The position numbers and the translations under genes were made by a program. A stretch of 63,843 bases of DNA, the filler included. It is 4 parts of 4 records of this genome, joined end to end, with 100 filler letters (N's around TTAATTAATTAA, not from the genome) between each part and the next. Parts side by side here need not be neighbours in the genome. Positions count along the whole stretch, not along the records: positions 1 to 22,817 come from SRR20825019_2378; positions 22,918 to 40,511 come from SRR20825019_2387; 2 more parts are not named here. One strand, given 5' to 3'. Position 1 is the stretch's first letter; each line of letters begins with the position of its first letter. The notes beneath the pieces were generated by a model that made no database searches, was not told where the DNA came from, and saw nothing but the letters and a program-made list of their open reading frames with translations. Shown piece after piece: positions 12,699 to 22,928 of this stretch.

Positions 12699-14931
12699 TT
12701 ACACCATGGGCTCGCATTCCCACTTCTTGAGGCAGTCCTGCTCCTTCTTCTGCAAGCACTCGTTCACGTTATCGACATCACACGTCTGGGGCAGTGCGCA
12801 GATATCCACGTCACTGTCGTCCTCCTCAGGCACAACCATGTTGTTGTTCGCCAGCTCGCCAGGCTTCGTGATACCTAGACCAATGGCCGCCTTCTGTGTC
12901 AGATCAATCACCCTTCCTTTCTTCCAAGGTCCCCGGTCAGTGACAACCACAATGACCATGTTGCCGACAATGTCAGGATTCTTCTTAGACTGGGTCACCG
13001 TGACCTTGAGGATGGTCCCGCATGGAGCCAGCAGATGCGCTGCAGCCCACTGCTCCGTAGGCAAGAACGGAACCTCACAGGTAGTCATCAGACCACGGAA
13101 ATACCACGTCGCCAACCCCTTCTGACAGAAGTCCATCTTGGGGGCAACCTGCTGCTCTAAGTCCTGGGTGGTGCCGATGCAGTTCTTGGTGGATTGCTGG
13201 CACCCCGCTTCGAGAGGACGGGCGAACAGGGCAGCGCAAACTGGCCGATGGAGGAAGCCACACTTGGTCCACGACTCCACGTATCCCGAGGCCAGCTTGA
13301 GCTTGCGCAACTTCGCGATGTAAGGGGCGAGGCCGCCCTTGGGGAAGGGCGTGGACTTTTTGGGGGTGTTGTCCAGGCTCTCGTCTACGGTCTCCTTGTC
13401 GATGTTCTCGAGCTTGTGCGACTTGAGCGCCTTCCTGGCAGTCTCCTCCCTGATCTCCTCCTCCTCCTCATTCGCTTGGTCCTGCTCCTCGCGTGCCTTC
13501 AGCACCTCTGCACGGCCCACACATATTAGCACCGCTTTACATCCAGACCTCCACAACCAACATACCCTTGTAAGCAAGAACCTGCTCCTCCTGCTTCACG
13601 CTAGCCTGTTTGGCCTGCTCAAATTTCTGCTCGTCAGCCTTGAGCTCCTTTTCCCTCTTCTCATACGTATCAAAGAACTTCTCCCGGTTCTCCTCCGTCT
13701 TCACCTTCTGCTGGAACTCGCGCACCTTCTCTTCAAAGGCTTCCTCCTTATTCTCCTCTTTCTTTTCCCTCTGGACCTCCTTCTCCTCGCGCACCTCCTC
13801 GACGCTCTTGGCAGTCTGCTCCTTCCACCCAACAACCTTTCCCGCCTTCACAATAATCTCGGGAGCACCCTCCGGCTCGCGTGGAATGGCACCGGAGCAA
13901 GCCATCTTGAGGGAGTCCTTGGTGGCCTTATCATCCTGCTTTAATTTCATACCCTTGAAATTCTTGACGTAGTCTCTGCATATGCCCACGCCATTCCCAC
14001 CGGCGCCGTACGTGATCAACGTGTTGTTGAGCTCGGGGTACATCCACGTCTTCCCACTGGCATCCACAAACTTAAACACATAGTCCCTGCAGCCAGGATA
14101 CGGCTTGTCTTCCTGGTATATGTACGTGCCGAGGTTCAGCGGCCTCATGTCATAAGTGGTGTTGTCCACAATGACTTGCGCCGAGGTCGGCTTGCGGGTA
14201 TCGTCGTAGTAGTTTGCAATGAATATGATCTTGGAGTTGGCCGGGTTATGCACACGGGCATCGAACCCTCCAAAAATGTGGGAGCCAGAATATATGGGAT
14301 TGAGGGTCGCGGGGCGGGCTGACTGCTTACTCCCCTCTCCATAATCCTCAGTGTAGTAAATGTGGTCGGCGCCTGGGGGCCCGGGGAGTGCCCCCACTCC
14401 CGGCACGGCATATCCCACCCCCACTTCCGAAAACTTTGGGTCAAAGAGGTTATACCTGTGTCCATCGCCCCGTCCGTCAGGCACGCAAGGGGCGGCGGCC
14501 CTCTGGCACACCTGATCGAATACCGTGGCCTGCGGGGTGCTCCCTTGAGAAATGCTTTCGCCGTGTGACAGGCTCGTGTCCTTGTAGAACAGAGCGAGTC
14601 GCTGGCTCGCGGCGCGCCCAAAGCAGTCGTTGTGTTGATAGCACCCGTTGATAGCCATGTCCTGGGAGTGACACCTCGCGGCCCTGTTCAGGTCAAAGTT
14701 ATATCTCAGGGGAGCGCGCTTCACATAGTGCTTTCCGTCACTGAGAATCGCCGTGTCTTTGATGAACACACGCCTGCACCAGTCGGGGTCCATACGGCAC
14801 GCGTTCATCACAGATAAAGCAGCCCTCTCGTTCCAGTTCTCAAATGAGTACACCGCATTGTCAGCCGCCACACTCGTCGTCCATAGAGCAACAAGAGCCA
14901 GAGCTACAACTCCACCGAGTTGCCCCTTCAT
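12699..14931 (-). CDS. Secreted CAP/SCP domain + coiled coil + RlpA-like double-psi beta-barrel protein (2 exons, 724 aa)
   Basis: Signal peptide. CAP motifs LNRAARCHSQDM, GESISQG, GHRYNL, EVGVGY and YYTEDYG. Intron 13508-13565 (GTATGT...GCTAAT...GCAG) joins YK|EVLK in frame. RlpA motifs GLATWY, AAAH..PCGT.LKVT and VVTDRGP...RVIDLTQKAA.GLG. Confidence 0.85.
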
Positions 14932-15659
14932 CACGACGGCCGGACGAACCTAAGAGGGATATGATAAATAACACTTCCTGTGCCTCTCACTCGTTTTATG
15001 CATACATACTTGTTGCATGAGAGCTTCAGGGTTAAGTCTTCAACCCACGGAGACTGTCCACGAAGCCGGATAACCTCGCGCGTACACACCGGCCGAGCTG
15101 TAGCTGTGGTGCGGCGGCCGATGCTTCTGTTCATGCTCCGGCCAACCGGGCTCGGCTCTAGCCCCGCAACACTCGCCATCAGCCGGACGCAAAGGGGCTT
15201 GTTGGTGGGCCGGCGCGGGCGGCGCGTGGCACGGTGGCACAACGTCAGGAGAGCTTCGCAACCCAAGCATTTCAAGCACCTTACGCTATCTCTGTAGTTG
15301 CGAGCATTTTCATTATATCCCGATTAATATGGATAGATGTCAATTATGATGGAGGATGTCATAAATATAGAAGCGCCACCGTCACGGGCCGGCCCGCGGC
15401 CCGCAGCCCTGGCGCAGATGGCCGCCATCATTCTCACAATGGGCGCCCGGCCGCGCGCCCCGCTGACGCTGCGGCCCCCCAGCCCGGCGCTGGCCGGCCC
15501 GCGTGAGCGGGCTTCCAAGGAGGACGACGACCTTATCCTTATTACAACTTGGTAGCCCACGTCTGCTCACCGCCCGAGCAGTTTCTGTCCTTAAAATGAG
15601 TGGCTCCAACTATGTGAATCAGCAAGTTAATTTTAATTGGGTCGAACCAACAGAGCGCG

Positions 15660-17668
15660 ATGGCTCTTATCAGTGCTCCATGGACTGCGGAGCGCGCATA
15701 TGAACACTTATCATGTGACTTCTCGTCGGTGGACGCGTCTGGACTACGCGCACTCGCCCAGGCTTTACTTGCTAGCATCGATAGCGGCTCCCTACCGATG
15801 GATTTCCGCCTGACTCCTTCTTTCATTGAGGGGCTCGCGAGTGGTTCTTCGAAGCTCCCTCAAGGTAGGGGGTGTGCTTCCAAGGCCTGGTGCTGCGAAG
15901 CCGCTTACTTGTGAACGCAGATATGGGGGAAGATTGGACACTGGCAAACTCCGAACTCTGCGCAGTGGTGTATGGCCCACTCGTTCAGCTCCTCTTGACC
16001 AAGGACAAGGCCACCGTGGAAGACTACATGTCCGCGTATGTGTGGGGTATGTTGAAATGTGTGCGGAGTACGCGCGGGCTGGAAGCATGGCTAATGTTCA
16101 ACAATGTTCTCACAGACCTTGAGGAAGATGACCCCTTTGGGCTCTCTTCCGACATGGCCGCCGCATCTGTTGCGGAGCAAACATACGAAACAGAAGCGGC
16201 AGGTGTGAGCGCAGAGGATGCGTTGGCAAATCAATCCCCTATTCCTGACAGCGAGGCAATTGTTAACGAAGACGATGAAGACGACGAATGGTTGCCGTGC
16301 GATAGCGACGACGCCGGGTTTCAGCTTCCTCCGGACTCGAGGAAACACGACCAGATCACTTTGAATGAAAAGATAGAACATTTGATGCGGCGCTTGACAT
16401 ATGACAATGTGTCAAGCGATGCTTGCTGGGGAAAGGGAGTGTCTCTTCAGTCCATCCTCCCTCCAGGTCTATTCAAGTCGTCGCTGCTGATTACTGCGGG
16501 GCACTTTAGGAATCATGGGCTCGAGGAGAGTGTTGCGGCCCTGGCCTTTGTTGCGCGGGACCGAATCCTCCATAAGTTCGAAGATTGCCGCGAGGTTCTC
16601 GAGGTGATCTCGTCGCTGTTCCGCATGGGTGAATCGCCGTCCGACTGGGAAATGAAGGTATGTGAATGCGAGCTCGGGGAAGGTAATGATCGGTCTGATA
16701 TTTTGGGCAGGGTTTCTTTGGAGTGCTGGCATCGATATGCAACGAAAACCTGAAGAAACTGGGCGGCGCCTCTCTCTTGAGCACCGCAACCAACCTCAAG
16801 TCAATGGACATCTATGGAGGACTTGTAGACACTATCGACCGGCATCTTGAGCGTGTTGTGGACGAACTTGGAGCAGTGGAGAAGGATCTCAAGAGCTCAG
16901 ACGATCCCGCGTCAGCTCAGAGGGCGGCTGAGGTTAAGACCTCCGATGTGGGTTATTGTCAGGTCCCGGTTTGATCATTGCCTAACGCTCTCGCTATGGT
17001 GCAGTTGTGCAACATGCTATGGCTTTATGTCCGAGCTTACAGCGCACCCAGCCAGCGCCTTATCAAGTCAGGCGTGGTGGCTCGGCTTAGCTCGCTGGGT
17101 ATATCCATGATGTCCATGAAATTCGCGGCGAGGCTTCGGGAGGTGTTGATGTTTGCTTGTGCTGCTCACAACGAAATCCTCAAGTTTGCGTCACTGGTCC
17201 CCGGATTTGTAGATAATGTCCGCTCAGTGTACTTTGCCACAAAGTGGGTTGAATGTTTGCTTTGCTCGAAACCACCACTGACTGGTCACCAGTTTCCCCG
17301 CCGAGTGGGTAGGATGGACTTTTCTCCTGCAGAGCTCCGAGGGGCTGGAGGCCTTGGGCTCTGTGTGTAGCGAACTCCATATTGAGAGCAGCACCCCCGC
17401 GCAGCACCATGCCCTCTCTCTCCTGGACTACTGCACCTGGCTTGCGGCATCGAATCGGGTGGACCCCAGTGTCCTACGCCCCCACATCAATGCGCTGTTC
17501 CTGAGGGCAAGGAAGGTGTCGGAAGGCCGGCGCGCCGAGGCGCGGGACGAGGAGGACGGAGATGATCGGGAGGAGGAGCCCAAGGGCTTGTCGTCGTGGG
17601 ACGCGTGGTATGTTTCCTTTGCCAAGCGCGCCAAGGCATTCCTCGCGGGCGGCTCTAAGTCTGACTAG
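15660..17668 (+). CDS. Hypothetical helical protein (multi-exon)
   Basis: Chain of + strand ORFs (15660, 15872, 16723, 16978, 17354) that can be linked by short GT-AG introns. Ends FLAGGSKSD-TAG. No family recognised. Confidence 0.6.
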
Positions 17669-20350
17669 CCTCGGTGTTCCCATGACTGGATTGCCCTGTA
17701 GCACCTTCCTTGAAAAAGTGCTGCTTCACCTTCTCCTCAATGAGCTTGCGTTGCTCTTTTCTGAGGGTCTGCAGCTCGGCGGGATCAAGCATCTGCTCCT
17801 TAGCCAACACTTCGTCGAGGGTGCGTCGTCGCTCCAGGAGGATATCAATCTTCCGCCCTGTCGCAGATGCCCGTCAGTAACATTGGAGGTTGTGGTACGA
17901 GAACGAGCATCTCCTGTTACCTGTCTTGGATTTGTCGAGGCTATTATAGACGGGAAGAAGTTGCCGAGGCAGGGCCTGGTACGAACGGTTCCGGATCACC
18001 TCGGAGATGTTGCTGAGGGCGGACGTGTTTAACTTGTTCGCCACACCCGACTGGTCTACGTCATCTGCAATGCCCAGTCAGGCACAATTCTTCCACCAAC
18101 TAACCAAGAATGGACAGTGAGCCAGCCCTCCATCCCGGATCCGTCCACCCTTCTTGGTTCTTTCCCACTACTGACCTTTGCTTGGGAAGAGATCAGTCGG
18201 GGCCTCTCCCGTCATTGCGACTGGTTCGAGTAGATCCAAAGTGCTCTTCATGTTCTCCTTCTGCGCAAGCATCTCCTCACCAGATAGGCTTGCGAACGGA
18301 ACAAGTCCTGCTGCACTGGTTTCACCCCTCTCCTGGACCGATCTGATTGTGGATGGGACCGGGCTCATGTCTGGGCGCCCGGGTCCATGAGTGACGGCGG
18401 GGGATTCGGTCCCGTGGAACCTCGCAGACCCGATGCCTGACGCGGTGGTCTCTGAGGAGCGGTGAGGCTCGCGGCCCTTGATCGGGGACAGGACGTTGCG
18501 ACGCTGGAAGCGGTCTTCCAACGATTGAGGAATGTAGTCTGCCGGCACGTTGATATCCCCGGTCTCATTGCCGGGGTGCCGGGACACTGGAAGCGAGATA
18601 TTCCGTGGTGGTTTCTCGAACAGGTCCGCTACGGAGTTGAGCGCGTTACGTGGAGACTCATCCGACATCTGCTGCAGGAACGCCTCCGCCTTCTTGACAT
18701 CCTCGATGCTCAGGCGAGGTGTTGGCAATGCGCTTGGCACATCGGTCTCGGCCTCCAGGCTTCCCGCCTTTGGAGCGTTTCCAACAAGGTCCTTGTAGAG
18801 TGTCTGGAGCTCCCAGTACTTTCTCCTGGTAAAGCGATACTTTCTGGCGAGCTTCTCGTACCTGTCTTCGATCTCATCTTTTTGTTCGCGGAATCGCTTT
18901 ATCCGAGCGTTCTCCTTGTCTTTCAAGATGTTGTCCATGGCCTCTGCGGCTGTCTCCGCCTTCTTGAAGTACGGCAGGATTGCCTTCACGATAGACTCTC
19001 GTTCTTCAATCTCCGAGCGAAGCAGGCCATTGTCAGCCTTGAGGGCGAATATTTCCGAGTTGAGCACGTTGATCTTGCGGTACAAATCCGTGATCTCGCC
19101 TCCCTTTTGATTCACGATGTTCTGCACCTTGTCAGCACTCTGCATGGTCTTGTCCAGCTCTGTCTCAAGGAAGTTTGCGTAGTTGTGAATGTTTGTCGCG
19201 CTGCTCCGCCGTCGTGCAATGCCTCTTTTCCCATATCCACCCCCGCCTCCCCCGCCCCTAGCCCCTCTATCCTCCAATACGGTCAGCCGGGCCTGCAGTT
19301 GCGTCTTCTCCATCGTTATGTTCTTCACCTCCATCTCCATCTGGCGCAGCTTCCCTTCATACTCCCTCGTCAGCTTGAGCTTCTCCTCATCGTGTTTTCC
19401 GAGCTACAGAGGAATTCATCAGCGACGCCTCTACCCGACAGCGTGCAACTTACCTTGTCCCGCAGTTCATTCACCATATTCGTCATCTGTTTCATAGTGC
19501 TCTCCAGGGACTCCTGCAGGGCTGACTGGGTAACGATATCCTTGCCCATCTCGTCTTTGGCCATCGCACTTCTGCGGAGTTCATCCCGCAAGCGTGCATT
19601 CTCGGTCTCCAAGTTCACATAAGTCACGTCAAGCGGAGAATCGTATTTTTCCTGCCAGTTGTAGAGTGCCCGCAGCTGGAGCTGCACGTCGCGGAACTCT
19701 GGTCTCATGGCTTCGCGGTACGACACCCGGTCAAACGTTTTCGAGATCTGCATGAGCAGGTCCCGGAGTGCCTCGATCTCAAGATCGCGCTCGGCTATCA
19801 GGCCCTTGGCAAACGCCAGTTGCTTCTCTGCCGACCACCCTTGCCCCATTTTCCTCGTGAAGGTGTCTGCCAGGGCGGACATGCGGCCTTCCAGCGCCTC
19901 CTGCATGCCTGCAGCACCTTCGTCACCGCTACCCGCCAACTCCCTTGTGGCTGCAGCAGTCGAGCCTCGCCTGGCGCCGCCTTTGCCCCCGAAACCTCGC
20001 ATGCCATTCAAAGTTCCATCGTTTTGTGGCTTCCCCACACCCGAGGCCCCCCCCTTCGCATCACCAACATCGTCCCCCGTCGACTGTATCACCTTCGCAA
20101 TGACATCATCGACAGTCATCTTCTTCGTATCCCCTCCAGCAAAGAGGGCAGGCCCAAGGTTCGGGCCTGCCATTCGATTTGCTCCCCGCATTCCATCCTC
20201 TGATCCCAAGCTTGAAATGTTGCTACGAGCTCCGGATACGCCTCTTTTCAGCGACTGCGGCAGCGGGTTCTCTCGGATGATCTCCACGCCAGTGAGCACC
20301 TCCACGACATCCTGGAGCTGGTTGATGCGCGTGATCAAGTTGGACAGCAT
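17655..20350 (-). CDS. Hypothetical coiled-coil protein (multi-exon)
   Basis: ORFs 19370-20386 and 18168-19340 join through an intron near 19403-19452. Two further exons end ...HGNTEASQT-TAG at 17655. First in-frame ATG at 20350. Confidence 0.65.
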
Positions 20351-21259
20351 CACCCACGGCACTCCCTTGTGCCACCAGGGGCACACGCGGACTTTCTCGT
20401 TATATTATCCGTAGCCATGTGCTCGCGGACTCATAAGTAGAAAAAAAGGACACTAGACCGAGTGGTTCGAACCGCCCACCACCGCAAGAGTGTAGCAGCT
20501 TAGCGAGGCCGTCAGAGCCCCGCACTTGTGGATGGTGACATGTTGACAGGGTCGCAGAAACTTTGGAGGCACGTTCGCCCAGTACGCCCGGGGCTACCGG
20601 GAGTGCAGCGGGGGGCGGGCGGGGTTCACAACTGGCTTGGCCGGGGCCACCTGCCGGGTGGGGCTCATCAGCCGGCCTGGCCCGCGGCGGCCGGCCCGGC
20701 GCTGCGGCCGCCGGCCTCCGCCTCGCTGGCTCCGCCGGGGCCGGCCGGGCGGCATGAAGGGCAGGCTCGTGATGCGGATGATCCTAACCGCTAAGGGCGT
20801 GTCTTTGAACAACACGCAATCTCGGATAAACGGGATAATACGGTTAGCCTTCCCTTCGGCCACTGGTTATTATCGGCGGTCCTCGTGGTTCCCGACGTGG
20901 CCATGGCTAGGCCCCCGGGACGTCAACGGGAGGAGCGGCGGGTTCCAAAACAGGCCAGGGTCGTCAATGATCACGGGCGGGGCGGCACTCGTGAGCCCCG
21001 TGGCGGCCCTGCCGCGATACGGGCTGGATGATGAGTTCCGCATTGCCTGGTGACTGGTGAATTTCTGGGCACGTTAGCGGGAGGCAGGGCCAGTGGCCTC
21101 AGACGGGACGGTGGCACGCAATGATCGCGGCGCACCCCAACGGGCACACACACCAGCCCCCGCTGCAGATACTATATAGTACCCCCGGCCCCATAGAATT
21201 AGAGGGTAAAGTTTTCTGGTGAAGACCAGAAGGCTGCCGAGTATCGAACCAACAACAAG

Positions 21260-21314
21260 GTGCGTGCACATGCATCATTAATTGAGGTGGGGTGGGTCCT
21301 AACTGTGCGTGCAG
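21260..21314 (+). other. 5'-UTR intron of eIF4G
   Basis: GTGCGT...CCTAAC...GTGCAG, 55 nt, same architecture as the coding introns of this contig, ending 11 nt before the ATG. Confidence 0.6.
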
Positions 21315-21325
21315 TAATACAAGAC

Positions 21326-22817
21326 ATGGCTGAAGAGACAGGACCGATAGCGCAGGCCCGCCCTCGCTCAGGCAGTGATGCGAAGTCTGTTATCAGTTAC
21401 ACGATGGATTATCTGCTGAAGATGAAGAACTTCTGTACCTCCAGACCCGAGGGCCTGAACACCGACGACCCAAAGGTTCGCAACATCACCATCGGAGCAG
21501 AGGGCGCAGATCCTAGCGTACTTAAGGCTGGTGGTGGTCGCGGCCGCGGTCGCGCTGATGGCGGCCGTGGCGGCCGTGGCGGGGACCGTGGAGGTCGCGG
21601 AGGCCGTGGAGGACGCGGGGGCCGCGGGGGCGGTCGTGATAATAGACCTGGTGGTCCGACCATCGCGCCAGAGGATGTGGTTCCCTTGGAACAGAGCGAG
21701 AACCGGTGGGTTGCAAAGCGCGATGTGGACGAGCAGGAGGCTGTGTTCAAGAAAGTGAAGGGAATTTTGAACAAGCTGACCCCGGAGAAATTCGACAAAC
21801 TGATGCAGCAGGTGGTGGATGTGGGCATTGACGACGTGGAGACCCTGAAGGGCGTAATTGATATCCTCTTCGACAAGGCGGTGATGGAGCCAAACTTCTC
21901 CCGCCTTTATGCACACTCCTGCAAGTTCCTGTGCGATACCCTCCCGGAATTCCAGGCGGACGGGGAGCAGCTGAACTTCAGGCGGCTGTTGTTGAAGAAG
22001 TGCCAGTACGAGTTTGAGAATGAGCCCTCGAGGGAGGGGCTGGAGGGCCTTACTGGAGAGGAACTCACCGAGGCAGAGCACAAGATCAAGCTGAGAGTTC
22101 TTGGAAACGTCCGCTTCGTCGGCGAGCTGTTCAAGGCGGACTTGCTTGCCGAGCGCATCATGCACGCGTGTGTGCAGAAGCTCCTGACGAGTGGCGGAGG
22201 GGAGGAGCCCGATGAGGAAGACATGGAGCAGCTGTGCAAGCTCATCACCACCGTGGGCAAGCAGCTTGCCCAGGGCTTCCAGCGCAACCTTGTGGACGAA
22301 TATTTCAAGAAGCTCAAGGAGCTTTCATCGAACAAGAAGCTGTCCTCTCGTATTCGCTTCATGATCCTGGACGTGATCGACCTCCGGGAGAACAAGTGGG
22401 TCCCCCGCCGCAAGTCATTGGAGGCCAAGACCATCGACGCCATCCACGCTGACATCGAGCGCGAGGCCGCCCAGAACTCGAGAGTGGGACGCCGTGCGTC
22501 GGAGACCCCGCGCAGCAATGACCCAATGCCTCAGGGCCTCCGTCGCATGCGCACCGTGGGTGCGAACCCGACCACGGCCCAGCGCTCTCCTAGCGACAAG
22601 TGGGAGCCTGCCGGGCCGACCCGCAGTGTTAGTTTTGGGGCTGATAACAAGCGGGGGCAGGATGTGCGATCAATAAGTGGGGATGTGCGCAAGGTGTCGA
22701 TGGTCAAGGAAGATGAGGATTCCGGCAACAAAACTGATAACGTTGGTTCGCCGGCCAAGGATGGCCATGAGGAGAAGAAGGATGGGGAGAAGAAGGAGAA
22801 GAAGGAAAAGAAGGAGA
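21326..22817 (+). CDS. eIF4G: Eukaryotic translation initiation factor 4G (MIF4G), 3'-truncated by contig end
   Basis: eIF4E-binding motif YTMDYLL, RGG repeats, MIF4G motifs VKGILNKLTPEKFDKL, FDKAVMEPNFSRLYA, FRRLLLKKCQYEFE, LGNVRFVGELFK and SSRIRFMILDVIDLRENKWVPR. Confidence 0.93.
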
Positions 22818-22917
22818 NNNNNNNNNNNNNNNNNNNNNNNNNNNNNNNNNNNNNNNNNNNNTTAATTAATTAANNNNNNNNNNNNNNNNNNNNNNNNNNN
22901 NNNNNNNNNNNNNNNNN
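22818..22917. other. Artificial contig linker
   Basis: N44-TTAATTAATTAA-N44, which places stops in all six frames. Confidence 0.99.
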
Positions 22918-22928
22918 ATAACGGGGGT

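Noticed and set aside
18462-19622. Long antisense ORFs (386 aa here, also 21368-22165, 13339-13944, 27562-28284)
   Set aside because: Shadow ORFs opposite real genes with biased codon usage, no recognisable motifs.
20405-20407. Stop-codon reassignment (in-frame TAA, also TAG at 18168)
   Set aside because: Other apparent in-frame stops in contig 1 fall in canonical introns, long exons have no internal TAA/TAG, and genes end in TAA, TAG and TGA. Kinetoplastid ORFs also read with the standard code.
20441-20520. Pol III-like gene (GGTTCGAACC B-box-like plus T7 run on the minus strand)
   Set aside because: No cloverleaf or acceptor stem, A-box spacing too short. Probably 5' UTR or promoter sequence.
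20680-20715. GC hairpin CGGCGGCCG/CGGCCGCCG as a structured RNA
   Set aside because: Expected by chance in a nearly pure G/C block, no family motif.
22862-22873. TTAATTAATTAA repeated three times in the window
   Set aside because: Identical N-flanked 100-nt linker, an assembly artefact. ORFs ending in XXX-LIN are truncated by it.
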